NCBI RefSeq assembly: GCF_018350175.1
Contig: NC_058382.1
Coordinates: 50,966,001-51,030,000 of the forward strand
Direction of reading: 5' to 3'
DNA from: Felis catus
Lineage: Eukaryota
DNA: 64,000 bases
Shown: positions 38,259 to 50,650 of the stretch, piece by piece
Layout of the letters: every line of letters begins with the position of its first letter
How positions within the stretch are numbered: the first letter of the stretch is position 1
Made by a program: the position numbers and the translations under genes
Notes under the pieces: model-generated
The model's input: only the letters and a program-made list of their open reading frames with translations
Told to the model about the DNA's origin: nothing
Databases searched by the model: none

Positions 38259-38414
38259 AATCATTGGCCCAGTTGTGATTGTATGACGTTTGGCATCACA
38301 TACTACTCATATTTCAAGACATTGCCCTTTGGCCAAGTTAATATTTATTAGAAATGTTGGCTCATCTTGCGGAACACTCACATAACAGGTTACTCACAGT
38401 CCAAGGTTTCACTG
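37612..38414. mobile_element. Non-autonomous TcMar/Tigger-type DNA transposon with TIRs and TA target duplication
   Basis: TA-CAGTAAAACCTTGGAT ... GTCCAAGGTTTCACTG-TA; the terminal inverted repeats match at 14 of 16 positions. No transposase ORF. Confidence 0.85.
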
Positions 38415-38604
38415 TATCTAAAAAGTTATTCAACATCATTCATTGACATTAAAATAAAAATCAAATCACAACAAGAAAACAGTATGCACACGCTGGACTC
38501 GCTTGAAAATGGCATAACCACTAAAACCAGAAACTATAAAGTATTGGGGAGGCTATGGAGTAACAGGAACACCCGTATTGCTGGTGGGAATACAAGTTGG
38601 TGTG

Positions 38605-38950
38605 ACCACTGTGGTACACTGTTGCCCTAACGGCTCCCATTCACTCTCAGCATGGTCATGTGACTTGCTTGGTCAATGGAACATCAGCAAATGTAAAATA
38701 AGCAGAGGCTTAATAAATGCTGGGATGTTGGGCACCTTGGGAATGAGGCTGTCTATCTTGTGAGGAAGACCAGTTTAGTATCTTGAAGGAAGGGGGACAA
38801 CATGGAGACAGAGAGGCAGACTCCCACTCAGTTAGTATAGCTAAGCCCCTCCCTATCAACCTTCCAGGTATACGGGCAAAATAGGCACAAGAAGAACACA
38901 CCACTTGCCCAGATAATTGTGAGAAATGATACACTGTTATTGTTTTAACC
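38605..38950 (+). mobile_element. Old MaLR LTR fragment (MLT1F-H-like)
   Basis: catgtgacttgcttggtcaatggaacatcagcaaatgt...tgtgagaaatgat...ttattgttttaa. Confidence 0.55.
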
Positions 38951-39199
38951 GGCCCAGCCTGAAAGTCTAGCTTGCGCTTCAGATCCCATAAAGCTGAGGC
39001 AAAAGAAACATCAATAACACCTGGAAGCTGAAATGTAGGGAAGCATTCGAAACACAAGATCAGATATAGACACCGGATTTCCTCCATAACCCTGTGAATC
39101 TGGCAGACTCCTTGCCTCCTTTGCACTCTGGAGAGGCACTAGGGCTCCAGGGTATAAGTATTGTACTAAAAATACAGGGATTAGATGAAAGTTTCCGTG

Positions 39200-40150
39200 G
39201 AACAGTAAGATTCCGTGGATTAATCAAATTTAGGTAATCAGCCTTAGAATTTCCAGCTACACTGCGAGATACACCAAGCCAAGGTGCACACACATGGAGA
39301 TTCTTTGTGAAATAGTCCTATCAGATCACCATATAATGAGAGCCACTGGGGGGCAATGTCCACAGTATCCCTACTCTTGAGCTTCTGAAAGTTGTTCAGT
39401 GACTGTCTCCTAAATATGAGTAGACAAGCAAGACCAGCAGGCATTGAGATAAAGCTTCTACCATAACAGACATAAAACCAAAACAAGGGATTGAAGGGAA
39501 ATTAGTGCTCTGAGCAGATTTTTTTAATGCTATCATTGGTGTCCTTAATACCTTGAAAAGATATTTTACTGATGAAACAAGAACAGGAGACTATAAGAAA
39601 AGAACATACAGAGGATTCTAAAGAGTCCCTGGAAGTTGCAACATAGCAACAGTAACAAAAATTCAACGGAAAAGTCTGAAAGACAAACTTAAGGGACTTT
39701 CCATGAATACAGGAAAACAAAAGCAATAACACCACCAAAGTTAAGGGAAATTGTATAAAAAAGATAAGAAAACTAATTTATCCAAGAAGTCCAAATCCAA
39801 ACAATAGGATTTCCAGAAGGGTAAAATGAAAATAATTAAGTGAAATAAATTTTTTTAATTCAACAAATTTCCCCAGAACTGACATGAACTTCCATATTGA
39901 CATGACTCACCTAAACCCAGCACAATAAACCACAAAAGGCAAGTTTTCAAATGTTTTCAAAATTTTTCAAAAAAAAATAATAAAAGAAAATTTCAACAGT
40001 GTCCATAGGGCCAGGGCTTCAATCTTCAAATAGATTAAAAATCAATATGTCATCAGACTTTCAAAAGAAGCACCAAAAATTATGATGGAAAAAATGGCTT
40101 GGAGTTCTAGGAGAAGATCATTTCCAGTATGCGATTCCATACTGAATATG
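39200..40150 (+). mobile_element. Old L1 5'/ORF1-region fragments
   Basis: A-rich; aaatttccccagaactga...catcagactttcaaaagaagcac. Confidence 0.5.
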
Positions 40151-40154
40151 ATAG

Positions 40155-40365
40155 TTTTTTTTTAAACGTTTATTTATTTTTGAGACAGAGCAAGACAGAG
40201 CATGAACGGGGGAGGGTCAGAGAGAGGGAGACACAGAATCTGAAACAGGCTCCAGGCTCTGAGCTGTCAGCACAGAGCCCGACGCGGGGCTCGAACTCAC
40301 GGACCGCGAGATCATGACCTGAGCTGAAGTCGGCTGCTCAACCGACTAAGCCACCCAGGCGCCCC
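40155..40365 (-). mobile_element. Can-SINE (relatively young)
   Basis: CpG-rich body; flanks atgata. Confidence 0.95.
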
Positions 40366-40645
40366 CATGATACTGTTTTTAATACATGCAAGCAAAAATA
40401 CTGATTTTATCTTTTGCTGGACTATCACTTGAGAGCATCAGAAACAACTACTACCTACTCTGTGTTGCCAGTAAACAGCTACATAAACCCTGTGCCATGT
40501 CCGAGAAACGAACAAACAAAAAAGCATATTCGTGTATGTCCCCTGAGATGTGCAATCATGTCCTAATTAACATATTTAACTATATTTGTAACTCAAGCTT
40601 CCATAATATAATAGTAACACAGATCTGCATCAAAAAGAGCAATAA

Positions 40646-40868
40646 GGGGCGCCTGGGTGGCGCAGTCGGTTAAGCGTCCGACTTCAGCCAGGTCACGATC
40701 TCGTGGTCCGTGAGTTCGAGCCCCGCGTCGGGCTCTGGGCTGATGGCTCGGAGCCTGGAGCCTGTTTCCGATTCTGTGTCTCCCTCTCTCTCTGCCCCTC
40801 CCCCGTTCATGCTCTGTCTCTCTCTGTCCCAAAAATAAATAAACGTTGAAAAAAAATTTAAAAAAAAA
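40646..40868 (+). mobile_element. Young cat-type Can-SINE
   Basis: Variant ggcgcagtcgg...cttcagccaggtca...ctgggctgatggctc; TSD aaaaagagcaat. Confidence 0.97.
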
Positions 40869-40986
40869 AAGAGCAATGATCTACCACAGAAGATCTAGAC
40901 AGTCTATAGTCTATATGGTATAATAAAATTTTTATTGTGTATTCTAAAATATTCATTGAGGCTGTTAAACAGATCTGAATTCATAC

Positions 40987-41067
40987 CAATCAGAGGAAAT
41001 GTTCAAATGAATGTCCTTCCTTTACACCCGAGACATGGCAGGAATTCATTGAACAATATTTAGCAAT
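40987..41067 (-). pseudogene. Possible pseudo-exon (81 nt)
   Basis: Acceptor ttggtatgtgtag and donor gtatga; stops in all frames. Confidence 0.35.
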
Positions 41068-41509
41068 CTACACATACCAACTCAAAGCTCAGTCCATTTC
41101 TCCTCAGTAAGGAATTACAAAAATGTGGTAAATGTTTATCACACAATATGATACTGTAGCTTTTCTTTTATCGAATTCATTAGGTTAGAATATATATTAT
41201 CTTTTCAGTTTTTCAGTGAAAGACATGTGATTTGCGTAGTCTATACAGATTTAAATAAGCTACTACATTTAAACATTCTTAAGGCAACACTTTCTTTTTC
41301 TCTGTATTACTTAGAGTACCCAATGTAGTTTAGAGTGAGGAGCAAGTTTTCAACAAATACATAATGAATATCAGAATAAAATAAAGGAAAATTTCAATAT
41401 AATATATTTGGAAACTGGGCAAGAAGTTTAAATAGGATGAATTTTATTTAGCTTTCTACTTAGTAGACTTTGGTTGGAGAATATTTCCACTCTGGTGGAA
41501 TTCTATTAC

Positions 41510-41564
41510 CATCAAGGTTTGGTATCATAGAAATACCTATATGATGCTTATAATTCATAAGGTC
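41510..41564 (-). pseudogene. Pseudo-exon (55 nt)
   Basis: Acceptor tctctcaatcttttag and donor gtaata; reading frame ambiguous. Confidence 0.45.
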
Positions 41565-42044
41565 CTAAAAGATTGAGAGAAAAGCTTAGACACGAAACAA
41601 AATTTACCCATCTACCAATATTTGCCAACTCTATGAACTAAATAACTAAATGACAACATATACAGCAAACTCTCTCTCTGTCTCTTTCTCTCTGTGTCTT
41701 TCTTCCCACCGCCCCCTACCCCCCCATCTCACCTCAGCATCTAGAATGTTGTCTCAAAAAAAACCCAAAAAACAAAAAGAACCACGCAATTAAAGTGTGT
41801 CACTATAGTCCTTTGTAATCTAACATCAAAATCTTATGTTCCCCATTCACTCCGTACCAAGTTTAAATGTAACTGCTAGCAAGGGAATATAACCACATGT
41901 CTGCATGAAAAACGGCTATGTCTCCTTTATAATGCATTCCAAAGCTCTCCCACCCAAGCGTTGTTTCCTTATTATTAATTCTGAGTCTTGGGTTGCCAAT
42001 GACGCAGTGGGACTGAGAACTAATAAGCTAGTGTGTGCTCTTAC

Positions 42045-42126
42045 CCTGAATGTCTTCTTATATAAGATGCAGATATATTCCTTCTTTCTCCTTTTTTCCT
42101 TCCAATCCACTCTGGAGGACAGTGCA
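42045..42126 (-). pseudogene. Pseudo-exon (82 nt)
   Basis: Acceptor cacactttctctcag and donor gtaaga. Phase 0->1 frame: CTVLQSGLEGKKEKEGIYLHLI*EDIQ. Confidence 0.55.
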
Positions 42127-42591
42127 CTGAGAGAAAGTGTGTATTGCTTATATTATGCCAAATCTCGTTTTCAGAAACAGACTCCCTTCCTGGCTCCCAA
42201 CGGTTTTTGAGGCAGCTCAGAAAACATGAAAAGAAGCGGAGGAAAAGATGCACTACAATTCACATCCCACCATATGGCAGGTGCTAAGCTAGTCAGCTTC
42301 TAATGTGTTTACTTTAGTTCATATTCTCTAATAAAGAGGATTATTATTGTATTGCCATTTTATAGATGAGTCGCTCGTGACTTGGAATTTAAATAATTTC
42401 TCCAATTTACGTAGCTAGCAATTGGCAAAGCCAGGATTCACAAAGCGGACCACGGGCCCCCACGTGCTAGTCTTGGCCATGCTACCGTCACCAGGTCTCG
42501 TTCCTACGTTGTCTGCCTCTTCTCTGTATCAACCAGTTAAATCCATGAAAGACTGAAATTCCTTTTTCCAGAGGGTGCCTTTGAGAATTAC

Positions 42592-42665
42592 TGGTACCGA
42601 ATGTGCATTTGACACAGCACGTTTGGAACAATGATTTCTGAATTCATCCAGAACCTTGAACATAT
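42592..42665 (-). pseudogene. Pseudo-exon (74 nt, stop-free)
   Basis: Acceptor ttttctttttgatcactgtag and donor gtaatt. Phase 1->0 frame: MFKVLDEFRNHCSKRAVSNAHSVP. Confidence 0.55.
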
Positions 42666-42879
42666 CTACAGTGATCAAAAAGAAAACTTCATAAAAATCT
42701 TAGGAAAATCAAAACGGAATTATTTTTGTTTTGCCGATTTCATTTCCCTGTAGGGCTTTTGGGGAAAACAATGATCGAAATAATTATAAAGTCATAACTA
42801 TGTGGTATTTAACTCGTTTCACAAATGCAGTGCTCTCAGAATCATATAGCGGAGTTCTATTATTCACCCCTAGTCATCT

Positions 42880-45186
42880 TCTACTAGCAACAAAGAAGAG
42901 ACGAGATGCTCTGGTTAGATTCCATTTTTCCTTTCCTTCCTCTCCTGCTCTAATCTATGTTCTTCTGGGCTGAAATCTACAGGCTACAATTCCCAGGCTT
43001 TCTTACACTCTGGCTACCAATTAGATGTAGGCAGCGAGAGACACAGAAACATCTACTGTGGGAGGAGGACCAAGGGAAGATATTTTTATTCCTGCCCTCT
43101 CCCTGCCAGACTACCGTGTTGGCAGGGGCTGCCTCATTTGATCTGTGGCCATTGCTCCTGTCACGTGGCTGTTCTCCTTCTGTTTCGGCTTCTCTCTCCT
43201 CCCCAGAACATCTTCCTCTCCACAGTCCTTCAGGCCCCACGGAGCTAACAGCTTTCGGCACTTACCAGTCCCTTGGTGATTCAATAGCCCATCATTAAAC
43301 TCTCTTCAGGTGATTCTTTGGTCGTGACTACTGTCTCCTGCAGGGAACCCCCACCCCACCGCCGACCGTTGAAGACTGCTGGAGATATTCCCAAAGCACA
43401 CCTTCAATACAGGAGAACAGCACAGGATTGCTCGTGTATTTCATCAACACATACACCTCCTCCCTGAAGACGAAGATGGGCCTGGAAACCCTGTGGCCCA
43501 CAGTGGCGTCACTATTGCTCAAACCTACAGCTGCTGATAGTGTGGGATGCAGGTCAGGCGGAGGGAAGATCGGCACATAGGTACCAAAGTCACAATGGTG
43601 TTTAACCAAGACTGTGAGAAGGAACAACTATTCCTGGCTGCCTGGGAACGTACCTCAGGGGAAAGACAGATTTAAAGCATTGGCTTAATTCAAAATGCTG
43701 GAGATACAAGCCTCACAGCCTGATATTCAACCATGTCTGCCCTACACTCGCAGATCTCCGATGCGAAGATTCTTCCCTGGTCGGGAAGAAATGGGATTCT
43801 GACACGTGGGATGCGGCATTCGGGAAGCAGACTTGAGCCTGAGAACTCAGAACCTACACATCCCAGTTTCCATCAGAAGCCAGTGGATGACGAAGTCCCA
43901 TATTAAATCTGGGCTACATTTATTTACATGCAGGCACTCTCTCGGGGCTTGGGTTTTAATAAATTGATTTGAACACCTGAAATGGCATTAACAGCCTGAA
44001 CGACTGATTCTTTCATCAATGGGCATCCATCGTCCACAAGGTTAAAGTAAGAAATTCCCAAGGAAATTCTTGTGACTGAACGAGGCCAGTGGCTTAAGAA
44101 GTGGGTCTAATAGATGTGAACCGCTCAATCACCCCTACGTATACCCCTGGAAGAGAGAGGATTTGCCGGTGGCCTGAATCTTGGAACTCCACGGACATCA
44201 ATGGAAAGCTGTAAGAAAGCAACAAAGACTTGAATTCCTTATGAATTAAGTCGTAAGGAGACTGTGAAGTTGGTAGTGAAAGAAAGGCACCACGAGTGTT
44301 CATGTAAATAGCATGACGGAAGCAGGAGCAAGAACAGATGTGTTTGCTGTCAGTGAGTTATTTCCTTCTTCCACGGTTTCCTGCCACCTGATATAAAGAA
44401 CACCGGTAGTGATTAAAGTTTACGACTTACCTTCCAGGTTAGAATACCAGCACGTTAACTTCCCTTGAAATAATATGGCAGTTAAGGGGGATTTTGCGTT
44501 GCCCTTACACTGGAGATGTAAGTGTGAGGTTTTTGTTTTTGTTTTTTAAGGAAAGCACAACAAGCAAAGGGCAATAATGGATTCTGAGTGGGAAAAAATG
44601 GCAGAATTGAGCTAGGAACTCTGCTTTCCCAGATGCATATTTAAATTTACATATATATGTATGTATTATCTGTCTCCGTAGAAGCCAAAGGGAACCCAAG
44701 GTTTATACTATGTATATCTATAATCTACATTATATCTCTAATCTAAACCTATCTATATAGTATACGGTATATAGTATATATACACTATAGATAGATAGAT
44801 AGATAGATAGGTAGATGGATAGATACATAGAGAATAGACCTTCCCCTCTGACTTCCAGCTTGGTTCTGATAATTTAAAGGTAAGAAGAGAGGGAGGCTGG
44901 GGTCTTCTCCTGGCTGCCTCCTGCCAGGCTGTAGTTTGGCTGTGGCTCTGTGTCTGCAGTTTACCCGTCAAGGAGCCCTCTTGCTGCTGCTAAAGCTCTA
45001 ATCGAAACCCAGACCAGCTGCTTCTTTGTGCCCCTCTGGTCTGGCATGGTAACAGCTTTTCGCTGTGACTCACTGTTACCATCACTTGCTTTTTCACTTG
45101 TCCCTACACCTGGGCTCTCCATTAAAATGCCTTTAATTCACTCAGGGTGTGTTGTTTGCTTCCTACCAGGAGCTTGACTCATACAC
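42880..45186 (+). mobile_element. Internally deleted ERVL provirus with two LTR33-like LTRs
   Basis: LTR-like segments at ~42880-43360 and ~44496-45186 both have an attaaa signal and a ...tcct...ggga/gga... end; the second ends tgactcataca. ERVL Gag relic LVGKKWDSDTWD at 43777-43812. Purine tract gttaagggg near 44480. Confidence 0.6.
44787..44827. repeat. (GATA)n microsatellite
   Basis: Direct inspection. Confidence 0.9.
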
Positions 45187-45536
45187 AGTTGTTATATCTG
45201 TGAATTTCAGATCAGCTGTATACGGTGACTCAAGACTTTGGGAACAATATACCCTCACTGGGGTATTATTTCATCATGTTTCTTTTATGAGCCAAAAAGA
45301 AAAAAAAATAGGTCTTTGTATAAGGGAAGGTTTCATTTCTTCTAAGTAAAGAGATTAATGTTTGATGATACTGTGAATTATATAATTCCTTTTTTTGTAC
45401 TATTAGTAAAAATACTTCCTACTCATCTCCATTGTGCTTCGTACTAAGGATACAACAGTGAACAAAGTCCCTACTCTTAGAGAGTTCGGGGACGTTAGAA
45501 AAAAAAAAAACGCATCCTACTGATAAAGTAAGTACA

Positions 45537-45705
45537 GGGGCACCTGGGTGGCTCAGTTGGTTAAGTGTCTGACTCTTGGTTTTGGCTCAGGGCATGATCT
45601 CATAGTTTGTAAGATCTGGTCCTACGCAGGTCTCTGTGCTGCCTGTGTGGACCCTGATTGGGATCCTCTCTCTCTCTCAAAATACATAATAAACTTAAAA
45701 AAACA
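45537..45705 (+). mobile_element. Can-SINE
   Basis: Head ggggcacctgggtggctcag. Confidence 0.9.
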
Positions 45706-45879
45706 AAGTCCAGATTATGCTTGGTGCTAGGAGAGGATTAAGTCAGGAGATGCGAGGGAGGAAGCTACCTACCCTAGACCTGAGGCCCAGGACAAGCATG
45801 GGAGGGATGTTGGTGGCCTTCTCCATTTTCATTGCCCGCTTTACTTCAGGTGTTTACTGCACTCCAGGAAAATGGCTCA

Positions 45880-46270
45880 TCCCCAGCCCCAGGAGGTAAA
45901 TGCTGATGACTGTAAGCCAACCATGTAATTCTACCCCCTTGACATGGAATCATTCAGGCCTGATCCAATGAGACATACAGGGACACCTGAAGGGCACCTT
46001 CCTGGATGTGTTTTTAATCCCTAACCAAAGAAGTGACATGAAGCCACAGCTGCTCCTTCTTCTTTGTGGGAACGTCACCATAAACACCTGTGATGCATGA
46101 AACTCCAGCGGACAGTTTCCAGTCATAAGGTGACAGGACTGTGTCTAGCCATGTGCTGAGGACAGGAGAGCAGAAAGATGAACAGATTTGGGTCCTGGAT
46201 GACACTGCTGAGTGGATAAACCCCAGACTCCCTTTTCCTTTCATTCCTTAGCCACTTTTAGCAGAAAAGT
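45880..46270 (+). mobile_element. Old MaLR LTR fragment (MLT1J/K-like)
   Basis: taagccaaccatgtaattc...ccaatgagacat...gggtcctggatgacactgctgag. Confidence 0.5.
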
Positions 46271-46523
46271 AAGAACGCAACAAAGCCATCACACTTAAGC
46301 TGAGACCAAGAAGCCAGCAGTTGAAAAAGTAGGGGACAACATACCAGGGGGAGGAGAAAACAAGGATAAAACCATGATGAATTGGGAAGGGCCAAGCCAC
46401 TAAGATCTCCTCTCATCTTTATGCATGTGTATTTTCATAAGCTGTCTTAAACTGTATTTGGAGAATCTGAAAAAGGACAAAAAGAAATCCCCCAACACTC
46501 CATGACTGTACAAGTCAAAATAC

Positions 46524-46706
46524 TTTGTCTTGTTCTTTCCACTATATTTTACAGAACTGGATTCCCGATTTTTGTTAAGAAAATATAATCACTAAAGTCA
46601 TTATTATCTTAGATGTCAATCCCAATATCTGAGTTCAGTCTAACTTGCTCGAAGATAGTCTAACAGATACAAGTCATAGTTTATTCTGATAATTTAGTTT
46701 ATACCA
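46524..46706 (-). pseudogene. Probable pseudo-exon with mutated acceptor
   Basis: Polypyrimidine tract tttgtttctcttttacac ends in AC instead of AG; donor is gtattt. Reads TIFEQVRLNSDIGIDI*DNNDFSDYIFLTKIGNPVL*NIVERTRQ and ends in phase 1. Confidence 0.4.
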
Positions 46707-47080
46707 GTGTAAAAGAGAAACAAATCGAGAGACATCAGCTATGCTTCCTGTTTTGACCATCCTGAGTGTGCTATTATATAATTTTCCCTATTATTTATTT
46801 TTACAGTGCCTTTGGGGTTGGCTGAATCTGCAGAGAAAGCCTTTCAGGCAGTCATTAAATGTGCTTTATTATAATCCCTTTATTAACTGCCAACATAATC
46901 TCTCTAAGAACTACTAAGCTTCAAAACTGATGACTTATTAATTGTGGTTTATGACATTAAACACGTAGGGTCTTTAACAGTCAAACAAGCAACAGGCAGA
47001 AAGTTCTCTGAATTCTAACCTTGCAAGAATGAAATAGTTCCCTGATGTGGTCCATGACTACTATAAGCAAAAATATCAGA

Positions 47081-47284
47081 GGGGTACCTGGGTGGCTCAG
47101 TTGGTTGAGCGTCCAACTCTTGATTTCGGCTCAGGTCATGATCCTAGGGTCACGGGATTGTGCCCTGTGCTGAGTGTGGAGCCTGTTTAAGATTGATTCA
47201 TTTTCTCTCTCTCTCTCTCTGTCTCTCTCTCCCCCCCTCCCTCCCCCTCTGCCCCTCTCCCTGGCTCGTGTGCTCTCTCTCTAA

Positions 47285-47333
<49 letters not shown>

Positions 47334-47341
47334 TTTAAACT
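47081..47341 (+). mobile_element. Can-SINE with (AAT)n tail
   Basis: TSD gcaaaaatatcag; (AAT)n at ~47285-47330. Confidence 0.92.
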
Positions 47342-47432
47342 GTGCAAAAATATCAGGAAAAACAACAACAAAAGGCATGTGCAACAGCAAGTTTCACCAT
47401 AGTGGATTCTAAAGCAAGAGCCATGGTCTTAC

Positions 47433-47618
47433 GACCGTAACTTCATTTATTCTGCAGTTCTCTCTGTTCCCCCCTCCTTTCCTCTTTATTTTGTACTTGA
47501 ATAATGCCAGGAATGGTGTTTTGCCATTAGTCTGCTGTGACTCAAGCCTTCTCAAGTTTATTATAAATCCAATACAATTCTGCCGTTGCATTGTGGGTAT
47601 CTGATTTATGGGTTCCAG
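47433..47618 (-). pseudogene. Pseudo-exon (186 nt, stop-free)
   Basis: Acceptor ttttgtgtacttctttag and donor gtaaga. Phase 0->0 frame: LEPINQIPTMQRQNCIGFIINLRRLESQQTNGKTPFLALFKYKIKRKGGGNRENCRINEVTV. Overlaps ORF 47409..47591. Confidence 0.6.
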
Positions 47619-48079
47619 CTAAAGAAGTACACAAAATAAGTATTTCCACCCTGTATATACAGTAAAACCTTGATAAGGCACTGTTTAAATCAGGCTTAAT
47701 AGAAAAGGGGCTATAAACATATTAGGACAGTTTTAAACAAACTATTCCAAAATGTGCAAAAGCCCTGTAAGTGCTAAGTTATAGCACTGCTCACCATATT
47801 ATGCAGTTAAGAGCCTCTGAGTCTCGCCATTAAAAATCCTATTTTCGGTGCTGTTTAGCACCTGTATAAAAATTCCATCTGAACCAAGATTAAGGATATA
47901 AGTCCTCAGTGAAAGAACAAGGTATTTTGGTTTCTTTAAAGGTTTGGGATTTGTTGTTGTTGTTGTTGTTGTTCAGTTAATATAAACCAAAAACCTATAG
48001 ATTATATTCAGTTTCATTTTGTCCCTTTATTTGTAAAAAATATAAATACATGTTTTGCTAATGCAAATTGACAAGATTT

Positions 48080-48259
48080 TTATTTTTTTTTAATTTTAAT
48101 TTAGAGAGCACATGTGAGCAGGGGAAAGGGGCAAATCCTAAGCAGGCTCCATGCCTAGTGTGGGACTGAACGTGGGGCTCAAAGTCACGATCCTGAGATC
48201 ATCACCTGAGCCGAAATCAAGAGTTGGATGCTTAACTGACTGAGCCACCCAAGTGCCCC
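48080..48259 (-). mobile_element. Can-SINE
   Basis: TSD acaagatttt. Confidence 0.9.
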
Positions 48260-48458
48260 AAACAAGATTTTAAATGATAATAAAAAATGCCTTATTCCTA
48301 TGGTAGTAGTTCTGAGTCTAAATCACTAGTTATGAATTGGTTTGATTAAAAATAGACATCATTTTTCACATATTGCCCCAAAAGTTTGGGATATTTGTCA
48401 CATATCCACTTCAGAAAATAGATAATGGGTAACACACACAACAGATGGATTTTTCTAC

Positions 48459-48605
48459 TTTTCCCTGGTCAAATAATAAAAATCTCTGATCGCCCATGTT
48501 CAATTGATGCCAAATGGCAAAGCTCTTAAAAAGCCTGCTGGGTGAGACCACACCCATGCTTAGATTTTTACTTTGTCTATGTAATCCATAACATTATTCC
48601 TTCAC
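48459..48605 (-). pseudogene. Pseudo-exon (147 nt)
   Basis: Acceptor tttttaccactttgtag and weak donor gtagaa. Phase 0->0 frame: VKE*CYGLHRQSKNLSMGVVSPSRLFKSFAIWHQLNMGDQRFLLFDQGK (CSD-like LxxGD). Confidence 0.55.
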
Positions 48606-48673
48606 CTACAAAGTGGTAAAAATAGTGAATGGAAAGGCATCGGCCAAGTAAGGCCCCATGCTTGAGAGCTTAC

Positions 48674-48870
48674 ATTAGCCGGTCTCTTTTTCTCTGTGGT
48701 TCAGTGTGAATAGCCACTTCAGACGGCACAGGATTCCAGTAACTGATGTCCTGTAACAACTGTACCCTTTGGATTGTTGATCATGGCATTGCTTCTCTCT
48801 CATTGATTTTAATCAGTCATTACTCTTAGCATTGTTATCATTTATTATGTATTCAAATCCTGTGTAGTAT
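48674..48870 (-). pseudogene. Pseudo-exon (197 nt)
   Basis: Acceptor ttttacaatatttag and donor gtaagc. The 3' part reads STIQRVQLLQDISYWNPVPSEVAIHTEPQRKRDRL. The downstream intron is only 68 nt. Confidence 0.4.
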
Positions 48871-50239
48871 CTAAATATTGTAAAATTTTAGAGGAGCAGG
48901 AAGGAAGTCACTAGGAGCCACACCCAGGGAGGAGAGGTTGGATTCAGGCTTTCGGATGACTCAAGCACCTTCTAGAGTATCTCTTCTGGCCAGCGGAGGG
49001 AAGAAGAGCAGTGCAAGCACTGCCGTCAGTGTGGGGGGCCCCGTGGACACTGAAGGACGGCACCAGACAGACGGTGTTCAGGCCAGGGAAAAGTGTTCTG
49101 GTCATTCAGGAAAACCCAGGTGACCCCACAGATCCTCAGGGTGTGCGTGGGAAAGGCCAACTATCTTCCCATATCTGACCAGGGTCTCACTTCCTACACC
49201 AAGTTCGGCCCAAGACGGGGCCGAGCAAGACGGTCTTCGCCGCTATCACACCAAACGTCGGGGCTTCGACACAGACCTCCCTGCCCTCACCCACACCCGC
49301 CCGTGCGTGATTTTAATTTCTTCCACACAGTGGCCAGCGCCTCTGCAGCGGACTGAAAAAAGAAGACCTGCCGATAACGTGTGGCCGGTCCACCGTCCAT
49401 TCTCGAGAAAGGCCCACCTTTAAGAGGCAGGTTGCATTCTGCCTGAGCTCACACAACTGCCTGAGCAGCCGGCTCTCTGGCCAAAGCCTAGATGCTGGCC
49501 ACAAACTTCGTGAACAGCTAGGACGGAGACAGTGTGGACACGGACCGGCCCGAGGAGGCAGGATTATTCCTGACGCGTCATCCCGTGCGTCTGTGAGCGG
49601 CGACTGTGGGAGGCTCAGAGAGACCGTGGAAGCAACACGGGTTCTGCCCCTGCCCTCAAAGACAGAAAACAAAACAGAAACTTCAACACAGTACAAAGCC
49701 CACACAAGGGCATTAAAAAGACTGCGATGGGGGTCAACACAAGGGCCTCTCACCCCTTCTCATGAAGGCAGGCAGATGGAAGGGAAAGGAATGCATAGTC
49801 AGGGAAGTCGCTCTGGAGGAAGACAGATTTAGGTGGAGACTGGAAGGACCCCCCCCTCACGGGAGAGCCACCCAACCAAAAGTAATTAGAAATAGATTTT
49901 CCCTTCCAGCCTAATCCCATCTCTTGGCTTATTTTCCTGGTTACTATGAAAAGTCAACTGCCGTTAATTAGTGCCCTAAATCCTTCTCAACTTGTTTTCT
50001 GGGTAAAAACACTGTCTCCATGATGGATTGCTATCTCTCTGAGGACAGTCACTGTCTTGCTCAACTTTTGCCCTCCCTGGTGTTTACCAATGCTGGAAAG
50101 AGGGAACGGAATTAAGAAACTCTTGGTATAGGCATGGTTGATTCACATATTTTAAAAATAACGCTCACTAATATTTCGTACATGTTGACCACTGTATTCT
50201 GTCATCCTGAGACAAGGAAATCTCTTAAAATGGGCGTAC

Positions 50240-50388
50240 CTCCAATGCTGCTGTTTAAGGCCCATGTGTCGTTGTTATCTTTTCTTTAAGAGCATTTGAA
50301 TTATTGATATAATCTAAAGGCACACGACTCTAGATTGTCACCAAGTCTACTGTAAACATTCTTTTTCATAATGGACATTTTTAGAGAC
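50240..50388 (-). pseudogene. Pseudo-exon (149 nt)
   Basis: Acceptor tttgcgaactctag and donor gtacgc. Begins VSKNVHYEKECLQ* and has several stops. Confidence 0.4.
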
Positions 50389-50516
50389 CTAGAGTTCGCA
50401 AATGGCTGTTGTTAAACAGTTGCTGTGTTCATTAGAATCATCGTGACTAACAATAAAATAATAAAATAAGCTAATATTAAAATAAAATAACCCCCAAACT
50501 TGCATTGCCAACATAC

Positions 50517-50650
50517 CTGAAAGGACTCTCTTCTTAGTTCTAGAACAAACTGCCACTGAACACTATTCTCTTCCAACTCCCTCTTATTTCCTACCTAGCA
50601 AATATTTTTCACCAGAAGATGTTAATCAACAGCATAGACTAAAGAGAGTC
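50517..50650 (-). pseudogene. Pseudo-exon (134 nt)
   Basis: Acceptor gccatttttag and donor gtatgt. Phase 1->0 frame ends ...VGNKRELEENSVQWQFVLELRRESFQ and continues in phase into VSKNVHYEKEC of the next exon (CSD-like). Confidence 0.55.
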
